Positions 36,064-46,577 of a stretch of 64,000 bases of DNA are shown one piece after another; the first letter of the stretch is position 1; every line of letters starts with the position of its first letter. The position numbers were made by a program, and so were the translations under genes. This DNA comes from an uncultured Myxococcales bacterium (GTDB taxonomy: Bacteria; Myxococcota; UBA727; JABDBI01), in NCBI GenBank assembly GCA_964493205.1, contig CAZBMJ010000002.1, positions 50,238-114,237 on the forward strand, written 5' to 3'. Below the pieces are notes generated by a model, which was not told the DNA's origin, made no database searches, and saw nothing but the letters and a program-made list of their open reading frames with translations.

Positions 36064-38586
36064 ATGAATGAAAATAATAATTTAGGTGTACCTATTAGTC
36101 ATGCTAGCATAAAGAGACATAAAACTTCTTATGAGCAAAAAAAATCTAATGACTGGGCATGGTTAAAGGAATGGATAGATTACTTTTGTAATTCTGTTCA
36201 TTTAGACTCAGAAGAAATAGAAAAAATTCTTCTTAACTATAGACTTTATAATGGGAGAGGTGTTTATAAAACACAAGTAGATTCTCCAATGATGAGTAAA
36301 GATTTAGAAGAAGAAGGTTACTATTTTAATAGCGAAGATATTCCTCACTTTGACATTATAACACCTATTGCTAAATCCTTATATGGACAGCAACAATTAA
36401 TGCCTTTTAAACCTATAGTTACAGATTCTTCTTTTAACAATGTAAACTCTCGTAAGAAGAAAAGAATAGAACTATTCCAAGAATACATAAATGAAACTAT
36501 AATCAATCCTACTAGAGAACAAGCTATGCAGGAATGGTTACTAGAAAATCAAATAGAAGATATAAACATGCTGCCTCCTGATATGCAGGAACAAGCACAA
36601 TCTCAAATACAAGGTAAGTCTCAAGCTATGATGCCTGAAGATATAGACAGGTATATGGCTTCAGATTATAAATCTCCTAGAGAAACACAACTACAACAAA
36701 TAACAGAATTCACTATTAGGAGAGATAAGTTAAAATTCTGGACAGATGAAAACTTTAAACACTTACTTATATCAGGTGGACAGTTTTATGAAACATGTAT
36801 AAGACATAAAAAAGCTTTTACTAGAATTTGTAATCCTATAGGATACACATCTGGTGGTCCAGAGGATGCTATGTTTGAGGAAGATAAAGATTGGCAAATA
36901 TATGAAGAGCAAATTACTTTAGCTACTTTATTTAGAGACCATGGTGCTGAAATAACAGAAGGAGATCTTAAAAAACTAAGAGAATTTGATCCTACTACTT
37001 CTACAAGAAATAGAGGAGAGTTTCCAGAACCTATGGCTACTAAGTTAGCAGAGTTTGATGCAGAAACAGGTATATTTGATTTTGCACCTAAAAATCTTAA
37101 AACAAGAGAAGGACAAGATTTCTTATTAGGTCTTTATGCTAAATTTGGAAACATAAACTCTAATGATAAGTTGTTTACAAGAAAAACAGTAGCTTTTAAA
37201 TCTCTTAGAAAATTTAAACTAGTTACTAGATATGATATCAAAAAGAATACTTATGAAGAATTCTGGGTAGATGGAGCATATCAAAAAAATCCTAAAAAGG
37301 ATATCAAAGTAGATACGCACTGGTTTCCTCATGCTTTTATGGGAAGGAGAGTAGAATTTGGTTCTGCAGATAACTATTTATATTTTGATTTAGGTCCAGT
37401 ACCTAATCAGTATAAAAGTGTGTTAGAACCATGGAATATAACAATGCCTTTCATGGGTGTTAAGTATTCTACTCTATTTGGAAATACACCTAATGTAGCT
37501 CCAATGGATTTAGCTAAAAAATGGCAAGATAAATTCAACATTAAGTTAGCACTTATACAAGAAAAAGAAAATACAGATGTAGGTAGAATATTTGCTATAG
37601 CTACATCACTTAAACCTAAAGATTGGTCTTTTGCTAAGTGGATGACTATGGCTAAGTATGGTAAGATATTACCATTAGATACCAATGGAGAGATGATGAA
37701 TGGTATAGATGCTCAAATATTTAAAACATTTGACCTTAGACAAATAGATGAAATATCTCAACACCTTCAACATTTAGATTGGATTAGACATCAAGCTGCT
37801 CTAGCTATGAACTATAATCCACAAAGACTAGGACAAATAGTTTCTTCTGAAGCTGTTAGAAATAGTCAACAAAATATACAACAATCTACATATCAAACAC
37901 AAGACCTATTTACTCTTCATAATGAAGTAGTAGAAAGAGTTTTAAATCGTCACATTAATAATGAGCGTATAGCTCTTATGGATAATGACTTTGTAGCATC
38001 TTATGTGTTAGATGATATGTCTATTGCTGAACTTAATCTAGATAAAGAACTTCTAGATGCTGCAGAAGTAGGAATTATCTTAAGAAACTCTTCAGAAGAT
38101 TTCAACAACCTTAGAGAGATTAAACAAGATAGTCAAGCTATGATACAAAACGGAATGATAACATTCCCAGAGTACATTAGACTTAAAATGGCTAATAATA
38201 TGGCAGATGCTCTTAACATAGCAGAGAGAGCTGAGAAGAAATTATTACAAAGACAACAAGAACAACAACAAGCTCAAGCTGAACAAGCACAACAAATAGA
38301 ACAAATGCGTGCAGATCTTGAGAGAGAAAAAGTAGAGCGTGAAGCTTCTAATAAAGCTGCTGAAAGAGAGTCTCAAGAGTTTAGAGAGAAAATTAGAGCT
38401 ACTATGATGGCTAATCAAATGGATATAGACAAAGATGGTAGAAGTGATATCTTACAAGTTAAAGATATGGATAGTATAGAAAAATCTAAGGATAGAGATT
38501 TAGATGAAAAACTTTTAGATAAAAAACTTAAAGCTGATATGGAGAGAGAACGCATAAAAGCTAAAAGTAAAACAAAAACAACATAA
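36064..38586 (+). CDS. Putative portal protein (840 aa), by position and size
   Basis: Directly follows terL. C-terminal Q/E-rich coiled coil QQQEQQQAQAEQAQQIEQ. Confidence 0.45.
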   Translation: MNENNNLGVPISHASIKRHKTSYEQKKSNDWAWLKEWIDYFCNSVHLDSEEIEKILLNYRLYNGRGVYKTQVDSPMMSKDLEEEGYYFNSEDIPHFDIITPIAKSLYGQQQLMPFKPIVTDSSFNNVNSRKKKRIELFQEYINETIINPTREQAMQEWLLENQIEDINMLPPDMQEQAQSQIQGKSQAMMPEDIDRYMASDYKSPRETQLQQITEFTIRRDKLKFWTDENFKHLLISGGQFYETCIRHKKAFTRICNPIGYTSGGPEDAMFEEDKDWQIYEEQITLATLFRDHGAEITEGDLKKLREFDPTTSTRNRGEFPEPMATKLAEFDAETGIFDFAPKNLKTREGQDFLLGLYAKFGNINSNDKLFTRKTVAFKSLRKFKLVTRYDIKKNTYEEFWVDGAYQKNPKKDIKVDTHWFPHAFMGRRVEFGSADNYLYFDLGPVPNQYKSVLEPWNITMPFMGVKYSTLFGNTPNVAPMDLAKKWQDKFNIKLALIQEKENTDVGRIFAIATSLKPKDWSFAKWMTMAKYGKILPLDTNGEMMNGIDAQIFKTFDLRQIDEISQHLQHLDWIRHQAALAMNYNPQRLGQIVSSEAVRNSQQNIQQSTYQTQDLFTLHNEVVERVLNRHINNERIALMDNDFVASYVLDDMSIAELNLDKELLDAAEVGIILRNSSEDFNNLREIKQDSQAMIQNGMITFPEYIRLKMANNMADALNIAERAEKKLLQRQQEQQQAQAEQAQQIEQMRADLEREKVEREASNKAAERESQEFREKIRATMMANQMDIDKDGRSDILQVKDMDSIEKSKDRDLDEKLLDKKLKADMERERIKAKSKTKTT

Positions 38587-38744
38587 ATATTAATTAATCG
38601 GATAAAAGACTATATATGTATAAAATAGCATGTAACAAAAATACATAGTGAAGAAGAAAAATCTTTAGTGACTAAGTATAATTATCACAATGCTATTTTA
38701 TATATATATAATTTTGCACCCAGTAAGAAAAAAGTAAAAAAATT

Positions 38745-39875
38745 ATGAGCAGAAAAGTAGGCGAATTTAGTGTAGATAATGGGTCTGTTTTAATTAACAC
38801 CTCTATACAAGATTTATTTGATGATGAAACTATCACAGGACGTGAAGCAGAAGTCATTGAAGAAGAAACAGAGTACTATACAAGTACTTTAGAAGATGAC
38901 GATACAGTAGAAGAAACTGTAGAGGAAACTACAGATGAAGTAGAGACTACTGAAGATGAATCTGAAGAGGAATCTTTAGAAGAAGAAAGTTCAGAAGAAG
39001 TAGAGGATACTACTAATTTTAAAGATTATAGTAATGCAGCTATTTTAGCATTAAGTTTAAAAGACTTAGAACCAGATTTAATTGATGTTGAAGTTAATAA
39101 AAATCTAGATGCAGAACAGCTAATTAATATTGTTAAATCATCTGTAGAAAAACAAAGAACTTCTATCAAAGAAGAAGTAGCATCTAAATATGAAGCAGCC
39201 GCAGAATATATAGAAGAAGTTATTAATGGTATGAGCCAACAATCTTTACAAGCTGCTCTATATAATAAACAAATAGCAGACATTCAACTAACAGGTGAAG
39301 AATCTGATGAAGATTTAGAATCATTAGTTAAACCTTATCTTTTACAAAGAGGTACTCTAGAATCTGAAATAGATGATATGATACAAGTATTTAAAGATAA
39401 AGGTACTCTATATGAAAAAGCAGAACAATCTATAGTCTTTCATAAAGAAAGAGAAAGACAAATTATAGATGAAAATAAAAAAGCAAGAGAAGAATATATT
39501 AAACAACAAATTTTAGCTAAAGAACAAGCAGCCAAAACTATACGAGATATAATTGGTAAAGGTTCAGCTAAAGGACTTTCTATTTCTAAGGATTTAGAAA
39601 CTGCTATCTTCAAACCTACAGAAATTGTAGAAGATGTAGATCAGCAAGGTAGAAAAGTTATATATAAAGTTCCTTTAATTGAAGTTAAGTATAAAGAATT
39701 TTATAATGATGTAGAACAACAAGTAGCATTTATGCAGTTGTTAGCTAATAATTTTGATTTTACTTCTCTTACAACTAAAGCAAAAAGCAAAGTTAACAAA
39801 GAATTATTAAACATAATTAATAATAGAACAACCTCTACAACTGGAGGAAGTACAAAAAATTACTTTTCAGATTAA
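38745..39875 (+). CDS. Putative scaffolding protein (acidic, coiled-coil)
   Basis: Very acidic N-terminus EETEYYTSTLEDDDTVEETVEETTDEVETTEDESEEES. Lies between the portal and capsid-sized genes. Confidence 0.4.
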   Translation: MSRKVGEFSVDNGSVLINTSIQDLFDDETITGREAEVIEEETEYYTSTLEDDDTVEETVEETTDEVETTEDESEEESLEEESSEEVEDTTNFKDYSNAAILALSLKDLEPDLIDVEVNKNLDAEQLINIVKSSVEKQRTSIKEEVASKYEAAAEYIEEVINGMSQQSLQAALYNKQIADIQLTGEESDEDLESLVKPYLLQRGTLESEIDDMIQVFKDKGTLYEKAEQSIVFHKERERQIIDENKKAREEYIKQQILAKEQAAKTIRDIIGKGSAKGLSISKDLETAIFKPTEIVEDVDQQGRKVIYKVPLIEVKYKEFYNDVEQQVAFMQLLANNFDFTSLTTKAKSKVNKELLNIINNRTTSTTGGSTKNYFSD

Positions 39876-39898
39876 AATTATTAAAAATTTAAAACACA

Positions 39899-41437
39899 AT
39901 GGCACGATTAAAACCTACTAAGTGGGAGATATACGAAGAATCAGCTAAACAAGCACCTTATGGTAACTTTATTAGTGAGAATGTTCTTCTTGTAAATCAT
40001 CCCAATTCAAAAAAAGCTGCTGTATTAACAGATAGTGTAATGCAATACGCTGCTACAGCAAGACCTGCGTTAAGTGGGAAAAAAGCTACATTATGGGATT
40101 CTCTTGTTGGTAAAGGTAGAGAAAGAACTGTAGATGCAGATGAAGTAGAATGGTCACTAAAAGGTTCAGGAAAAATAGAAACACTAGCTAAGGAAAACCT
40201 TATGCCAGGTGTACTATTTCCAGGACATAATGGTGATGAATTTCAGATTAAATTAGATAATCCTAACTTTGTTCCTGGTGATACTTTAGCACCAGAGATA
40301 GCATGGGATCAACAAATGATAGTACAATATCTTCCTATTAAAGATGGTTTAGACTGGATTTATACAGGTAAGTTAGTTACTTTAGATCCTAATGCATATT
40401 TTGATCCAGAGCTTTTAACAGCAGGATTAAAATGGATTAAAATAGGTGCAGCTTATTCAGAATACTCTTCTGGTTATGGTAGCTTCCAAACTACAGGTAA
40501 TACTTCTTATATCAAGTTTAAAACTTGGTTAAGTGACTGGGGTAAGAGAGCAGAAGTAACTAATAAGGCACATGATCTTAATTTAGTTCTAAAACCTATA
40601 GATGATAAAGGAGTAGTCATTAATGGCATTCCTCAACAAGTTATCTCATGGGTAGAAGCAGAGTTTCTAGTAGAATCTAAATGGGAAAAAGAACTAATGT
40701 GCTGGTATGGTAGAGCTGCTGGTAAAAATATTATAGATCATACTTCAGGACTACACAGACGTATAGGACCAGGTGTGATGGAATTCATGGAAGATGCAAA
40801 CATCATAACTTATCCTTTAGGAAACTTTAGCATAGATGCGTTAGCAGAATTTATGATGGAAGTAGGCTGGGATACAATTTCTGCTGAAAATGCAAACATT
40901 GTAGTTAAAACAGGTAGAATGGGTATGAAGCAAGCTAGTGACTCTATTAGAGAGTTATATACTATGCTTAATATAAATGTTCCATTTGAAAAATATGTAA
41001 GTTCAGGTAATACTTATCCTGGTTCTAATAGCCCAGGTTATAAAGTATTGAGTCCTCACTTCTTGCAAGTAGATTTAAATCCTTTTGGTTCATTAACATT
41101 TGAACACTTACCTATCCTAGATAACAGAGAACTTAATGGAGGTATTGTGCATCCTGATACAGGATTACCACTTACATCTTACATGTACTTTGTAATGGAT
41201 TATGGTCTAGGTTCTCATGGTAACGTAGAGCTTTTGAGGAAAAAAGATTCAGAAGTATTCACTTATATTTGTGGTACATGGTCTCCAGTAGGTCCTATTA
41301 ATGGAAAAACAGGTAGAGGAGGTTTCATGGCATCTCATGATAGAAGGTCATATGATTTAGTAGCTGCAGATACCTTTGGTGTAAGGATTAAAGATGTTAA
41401 TCTTTGTCTTATGTTGCTACCATCAGTAGGATATTAA
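39899..41437 (+). CDS. Putative major capsid protein (512 aa), by position
   Basis: Large gene after the scaffold-like gene. No SD. Normal composition. Confidence 0.4.
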   Translation: MARLKPTKWEIYEESAKQAPYGNFISENVLLVNHPNSKKAAVLTDSVMQYAATARPALSGKKATLWDSLVGKGRERTVDADEVEWSLKGSGKIETLAKENLMPGVLFPGHNGDEFQIKLDNPNFVPGDTLAPEIAWDQQMIVQYLPIKDGLDWIYTGKLVTLDPNAYFDPELLTAGLKWIKIGAAYSEYSSGYGSFQTTGNTSYIKFKTWLSDWGKRAEVTNKAHDLNLVLKPIDDKGVVINGIPQQVISWVEAEFLVESKWEKELMCWYGRAAGKNIIDHTSGLHRRIGPGVMEFMEDANIITYPLGNFSIDALAEFMMEVGWDTISAENANIVVKTGRMGMKQASDSIRELYTMLNINVPFEKYVSSGNTYPGSNSPGYKVLSPHFLQVDLNPFGSLTFEHLPILDNRELNGGIVHPDTGLPLTSYMYFVMDYGLGSHGNVELLRKKDSEVFTYICGTWSPVGPINGKTGRGGFMASHDRRSYDLVAADTFGVRIKDVNLCLMLLPSVGY

Positions 41438-41567
41438 AATATTTTTATCGGTATAAATAGAGGCAAATCATTTTTGCAGGTTAGAATTTAAAGGTTATAG
41501 TTACTCTTAGGACAAGAGGTGTGATACCGAGCCTCATTTTTTTAAAATAATAAAAAGTAAGTAAGCA

Positions 41568-42533
41568 ATGGCATTAAAAAAAATAATTCCTAGTCCATTA
41601 TCTAGAAAATTTACAGGCATAGATGGTCCTATGATAGAATATCTAGAAGAAAAAACAAATAATGGTGAAAAAAGACTTAGAAGTCTTGGAGAATATAATA
41701 GAGAAAGATTACCTGGTTCTACTCAAGGAGAAAGAACTATAATCTTTTCTAATAACAAGAAAAAATATCTCATAAAAGGTTATGAGACAAATAGTGCAGA
41801 GTTAGATGAATTAGTAGCTAAATGTAAGCTATTTAATGATATGAAAAAACATCCAGATTTTGGAAGATACATCACATCATGCGATATACATAATGCTCAA
41901 GATCCATTCTTTAATAACTTAAAATTAAGAATTAAGTTAGATCAAGGATATGGTACTTTTAATACAGAATCACCAATAGAACATTTATTATATCTAGGAG
42001 CTTTATTAAACTCTAGATTTCAGATAGGTGGAGAAAATTTAAATCCTGCATTAAATGGTAGAGCAAAGTATATTATAGTAGATGCTGAGATAGATAAAGA
42101 AGTTAGGAAAAAAAGCAAAGACAATAAGAAAAAAGCTGAGAAGATTATAGAAAATGCATCTGATGATAAGAAGCGTTCTATGGCTCTTGTTTTAGGTCTT
42201 ACTAAAAGCCAAGATACTGATATAGATATGATTACAGATCTATTAGAAGATGTAGCTTTAGATGATAAGATGAACTATGACTTAGGTATGTCTAAACAAG
42301 CGTTTCTTATTAAAATTGGAGAATCAGAATCTGAGGAACTAGAATCTAGAAAATATGTAGATTTAGCTTTCAAAAGAGGATTAGTTAAAAGAGATAAAGA
42401 TACAAGTCTTTATATGTTGTTTGGAATGCAAATAGGTAAAGAAAAACAAAATGTAATAGATTATCTTATGAATCCTATTAACAATGAAATTCTTCACAAA
42501 TTAATAAAAGCTATAGATTTAACGCAAAACTAA
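41568..42533 (+). CDS. Hypothetical structural-module protein (321 aa)
   Basis: Complete ORF. Confidence 0.4.
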   Translation: MALKKIIPSPLSRKFTGIDGPMIEYLEEKTNNGEKRLRSLGEYNRERLPGSTQGERTIIFSNNKKKYLIKGYETNSAELDELVAKCKLFNDMKKHPDFGRYITSCDIHNAQDPFFNNLKLRIKLDQGYGTFNTESPIEHLLYLGALLNSRFQIGGENLNPALNGRAKYIIVDAEIDKEVRKKSKDNKKKAEKIIENASDDKKRSMALVLGLTKSQDTDIDMITDLLEDVALDDKMNYDLGMSKQAFLIKIGESESEELESRKYVDLAFKRGLVKRDKDTSLYMLFGMQIGKEKQNVIDYLMNPINNEILHKLIKAIDLTQN

Positions 42534-43249
42534 TGATTAAAGTAAATAAATTACATGCTGAAGTAAAGCGAAGATTAAACAGGGTATTCTCTGATTACGA
42601 AGCTGCTCTAACAGTAGTTGATTTAGATGCTTACCTTAATCACGCCATTCAAGTTTTATTAGAAAATTATTCAGCTATTGTTGAAAAAAATAGAACTTTA
42701 AGCGATAGATTAAAATCTTTAGAAATAAAGCATAAAAAGTTAGAAAGAATATCCAACAATGACAAAAGTACAGTATTTAGATTACCTAGTGATCACTACT
42801 CTACATTAAGTCGTTATTGTTACGGTAAAGCAAAAACTTGTTCTACATTAGAGCAGGTTTTTGTTAATAATGTACAAACACATAAAATAGAAGAAAGTCT
42901 AAGAGATCCTTTAAATGCGCCTAATTTTAATTGGCGAGAAACATTTAGTAATGAAGATTCAGAAGGATTGCATATTTATCATGCAGGAGCATTAGATATA
43001 GATGAAGTATATATAGATTATATTAAACATATTCCTGATGTAGCTTTTGTAAAAGGTGTTACTAATGGTATTTACATTAATCAAGATGGAGATGCAGTAA
43101 CAGAAGATCAACACTTACAAATAAATGATCCTATTTTATGGAGAAAGATTGTAGACATAGCAGAGTTTTTAATAAAGAAAGATTTAGATCAAAACTTTAA
43201 AGCAACTATAGATACAATACTATTTAATGAAAAAGTATATATTAATTAA
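42533..43249 (+). CDS. Hypothetical structural-module protein (238 aa)
   Basis: Complete ORF. Confidence 0.4.
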   Translation: MIKVNKLHAEVKRRLNRVFSDYEAALTVVDLDAYLNHAIQVLLENYSAIVEKNRTLSDRLKSLEIKHKKLERISNNDKSTVFRLPSDHYSTLSRYCYGKAKTCSTLEQVFVNNVQTHKIEESLRDPLNAPNFNWRETFSNEDSEGLHIYHAGALDIDEVYIDYIKHIPDVAFVKGVTNGIYINQDGDAVTEDQHLQINDPILWRKIVDIAEFLIKKDLDQNFKATIDTILFNEKVYIN

Positions 43250-43267
43250 TAAATAAAATTTTTAAAC

Positions 43268-44971
43268 ATGAGAGTTGTTAATGAAAGATGGCTAATAGCA
43301 GATAAAACCCTAGGGCTTTTTCCTGCAGATCAAGCTATTTTTGTTGAAGTAGGTACAGAGTATGGTTTAAATCCTAATTTAAGGGATAATCAGATTGTTA
43401 TCTACAATGCGGATTCAGGAGTTTCTGTGGGTCCAGGTGTTACAGCAGCTACAGTACCAAACCTAGTTATTGCCCAAGGGATAGATACAGATGGTGATGG
43501 TCATGCTAATGTATTGCGAAAAGTAAATTTTGATAGGATTCCTGCAACAAGTGTATATGCTGCTACAGCAGAACCACCTGCTTGCGGACAAGTTAAAATT
43601 GTAGATGTAGGTATAGGTTGCATGGAAAGAGGTAATTCTTTTACCATGATTATAGAAGCTAGAGACGATCAAACAGAACGTTTCTATAACTATAGAGACT
43701 ATGAAAGATGGACAGAAACAGTAGAATTTAAGTTTGATCCTTGTGATGATTGTGATCAACCTTTAGCTTGTAAAGATGTAGCTTGTGCTCTTGCTAACAA
43801 ATTTAATGGTATAGATAGAAATTACTCTTTGAAGAAAAATCTTTCTTTAATTAAGCGAGTAAGAGAACATCAAGACAAAGATAGACCATTTGATGTATAT
43901 GTTTTACATGAAAATGATTATCAATATTGTTTTGTTACAGCAGATGCAGCTTGTGTAGGTTGTAATACAATAGATGCAATTACAGGTATTACAGTAGATG
44001 TAAACGGAGTAGATGAAACTACTACTACTTTTAGTTTTAGTACAGATCCTTCAGATGACACATTAACAAGAGTACAGCAAATACCTAAAATCATAAAAGC
44101 TATTAATACTGCTTTAGGTGATAAAGGATATGCTTTGGATGCTTCTACCTTTGCAGGTAGTGCTAAACCTTGTTGCGATGGAGTTAAAATTTTAATTAAC
44201 TCTTGCGTAGAAATAGAATTGTTAGGTGATGGAGGTACTCCTATTGTCCCTTGTGATACAGGACTTCCTACCCATACAGTTACTACTCAAGGTGAATGTA
44301 GAGGTTGTGGTACAAGTACTACTGTTACTCCTTGTGCTTTCTTAAGAGTTGTTGCTAAACCTATCAATATTAACAAATATTGTGATAGACCAGATTCTTG
44401 GGAAAAAACTTTGTATACAGATATTAATGTTACTACATCTTACGAGAATAATAACATAGGATTGTTTAAAACTTTTGTTTTCCAAGACTATACTATTCCT
44501 AGAGGACTTGCTTATGAAGTAGCTCATAGAGTTGTTAAACAAGATACATCTCTTAATGAACCATTCTCTTATGGATATGACGAATATTCAGGAAGATATT
44601 TAGGATTTACTCCTGGGTCTAGAACTCCTGCAATGGGTCATGGTGTATTTAAAAATTGTGATAGTTCAGATACATTCTGTATATACAATGTACATTTTGC
44701 TCCTGAAGTAAACAATGGTAGTGCAGCATCAAGAGATAGTAAATTAAACTTTATCTTAAGTATGGGTATTCCTAACAGTAACACTGCTCTTAAAACTTCA
44801 ATAGAAGCTATTATGAATCCGTGGTTAGTATCTATTCCTGGTAAAGCTTTACAAACTATTACTTGTGCTTCTGATCAAGATCAAGTAGAAAGAGTATTAA
44901 ATGCTAGTTATGCTGTAACTACAGCAGAATATGCAGACGCTAACAGAGCTGGTAATTATATTGCTGGGTAA
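43268..44971 (+). CDS. Hypothetical virion structural protein (567 aa); Cys-containing
   Basis: CDDCDQPLACKDVAC and many Cys pairs. Followed by terminator-like hairpin GAAGAG-(N11)-CTCTTC and a T-rich run at ~44981-45017. Confidence 0.4.
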   Translation: MRVVNERWLIADKTLGLFPADQAIFVEVGTEYGLNPNLRDNQIVIYNADSGVSVGPGVTAATVPNLVIAQGIDTDGDGHANVLRKVNFDRIPATSVYAATAEPPACGQVKIVDVGIGCMERGNSFTMIIEARDDQTERFYNYRDYERWTETVEFKFDPCDDCDQPLACKDVACALANKFNGIDRNYSLKKNLSLIKRVREHQDKDRPFDVYVLHENDYQYCFVTADAACVGCNTIDAITGITVDVNGVDETTTTFSFSTDPSDDTLTRVQQIPKIIKAINTALGDKGYALDASTFAGSAKPCCDGVKILINSCVEIELLGDGGTPIVPCDTGLPTHTVTTQGECRGCGTSTTVTPCAFLRVVAKPININKYCDRPDSWEKTLYTDINVTTSYENNNIGLFKTFVFQDYTIPRGLAYEVAHRVVKQDTSLNEPFSYGYDEYSGRYLGFTPGSRTPAMGHGVFKNCDSSDTFCIYNVHFAPEVNNGSAASRDSKLNFILSMGIPNSNTALKTSIEAIMNPWLVSIPGKALQTITCASDQDQVERVLNASYAVTTAEYADANRAGNYIAG

Positions 44972-45038
44972 TAAATAAAGAATAAGAAGAGGGAGAAATT
45001 CCTCTTCTTTCCTCTTTTATAATAAGTAAAAAATAAGA

Positions 45039-45533
45039 ATGAAGAAGTGTTCCTGTATAATAAATAATAGTTTTAATTTCGTTATAGAATATAAAGAAGA
45101 TTATTTATTATTTATAGATAAAAGTGAATGGACAACTTCAGAATATAATTCTCCTTTAGAAACACATCCTCTAACTATAAAAAACGGAGACAAAACTAAA
45201 ACAATAGATATTAAAGTAGGAGGAACTACTATAATCAAATATTGTGATTTACCTTCAGATAATGGTTGTGGTAATGATGGTATATACGAATTCATAATAG
45301 AAAATTGTGGTGATGTATTTACTAAATGTGAAGCAATACTTATACATATTATGTGTTCTTATACTAAACTATTAGTAAATACTAAATTAGAAAACTACCA
45401 AGATAATATTTGGCCTGTGTTTAGAGAGATAGAATTTATAAAAGCGAATGCTCGCATATGTAATATAACTGACGCAGTAGAACACTACACAATAGTAAAA
45501 AAAATGTTTGAACACTTAAATTGTAAATGTTAA
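45039..45533 (+). CDS. Hypothetical Cys-containing protein (164 aa)
   Basis: Complete ORF. Confidence 0.4.
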   Translation: MKKCSCIINNSFNFVIEYKEDYLLFIDKSEWTTSEYNSPLETHPLTIKNGDKTKTIDIKVGGTTIIKYCDLPSDNGCGNDGIYEFIIENCGDVFTKCEAILIHIMCSYTKLLVNTKLENYQDNIWPVFREIEFIKANARICNITDAVEHYTIVKKMFEHLNCKC

Positions 45534-45546
45534 ATACAATATAAAA

Positions 45547-46089
45547 ATGCAAAAAATAAATCCAAGAGATAAATATGTTTACTTTCCTAGAGGCGTTGCT
45601 AATAGGATTAAAGGTAATATAAAAGTACCTGTAGAAAAAATGATCTATGTAGATCCAGATTGTGGATATTACATTCATCCTGATGGGTACATAATCCTTC
45701 CTGACTTTAATCCTGTATCAGGTGATATAGATAGAAAAGTCGCTTTAATGATAGTTGATGGTTCCGTAAGTATAATGACTGTAGCAGCAGCCGAAGCAGC
45801 AGTATGTACTTATAGAGATAACGATGCAGTTAGTGCTACAAGTGCTTCAATAAGCGGTTGTTTACCTTTAACTAACTTAGTAGTTTTAGCTACAAGACAA
45901 CTTACTGCAACAGTATTACCTTCAGGAGCAATACAAACAGGAACATGGTCTACTTCTAATGCTTTAGTAGCAACAGTAAGTGTAGCAGGTTTAGTTACAG
46001 GTGTAGCAGCAGGAACAGCAACAATCACTTTTACTTCTACAGATGGAGGATTTACAGCTACTTGCGTAGTCACTGTAGTAGAAGCTTAA
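45547..46089 (+). CDS. Bacterial Ig-like (Big_2) domain protein
   Basis: C-terminal LATRQLTATVLPSGAIQTGTWSTSNALVATVSVAGLVTGVAAGTATITFTSTDGGFTATCVVTVV matches the Big_2 signature (ATVxxxGxVTAxxxGTAxITAT..DG). Confidence 0.6.
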   Translation: MQKINPRDKYVYFPRGVANRIKGNIKVPVEKMIYVDPDCGYYIHPDGYIILPDFNPVSGDIDRKVALMIVDGSVSIMTVAAAEAAVCTYRDNDAVSATSASISGCLPLTNLVVLATRQLTATVLPSGAIQTGTWSTSNALVATVSVAGLVTGVAAGTATITFTSTDGGFTATCVVTVVEA

Positions 46090-46107
46090 TAATTAAAATA
46101 ATAAATA

Positions 46108-46563
46108 ATGGGTCTTTGTACTTGTACACCAACAGTTCTAAGTCCACCAGCTAGACCGTGCAATAGTAATTGTATCTATGCACCTAATATGCTTGTGGAT
46201 ACAGCTACAGCATGTGAACCAGTAGTTGATATAGATATATCACCTATTGTTGTTGCATGTGGAGATATAACTCCTGTATATAGTATTATTCTAGGAAGTT
46301 TAAAGAATGTAGCGAGTGCAACAATTACTCCTACTACTATAACTTTTATACCTGAAAATAATAACTATGCTACAGGAGAATTAATGTATAAAATTCAATG
46401 TGGAAGACTTTCAGAAGTAGGTAAAATAATCATAGTTTACAAAAACGAATGTGTAGGTATAAATTGTGGTGAATATGAAACTTGTGATAAATGTACAGGA
46501 GATTGTATACCTATACCACCAGAAGTTAGTATCAATAGTACATCTTCTATTTCAATAAATTAA
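46108..46563 (+). CDS. Hypothetical Cys-rich protein (151 aa)
   Basis: Complete ORF. Confidence 0.4.
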   Translation: MGLCTCTPTVLSPPARPCNSNCIYAPNMLVDTATACEPVVDIDISPIVVACGDITPVYSIILGSLKNVASATITPTTITFIPENNNYATGELMYKIQCGRLSEVGKIIIVYKNECVGINCGEYETCDKCTGDCIPIPPEVSINSTSSISIN

Positions 46564-46577
46564 AAATTTAAATAAAA

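Noticed and set aside
38587-38744. A TATATATATATAATTTTGCACCC stretch upstream of the scaffold gene as a Bacteroidota-type -7 promoter element (TAnnTTTG).
   Set aside because: It matches the consensus only loosely. It cannot be distinguished from generic AT-rich intergenic sequence without 5'-end mapping.
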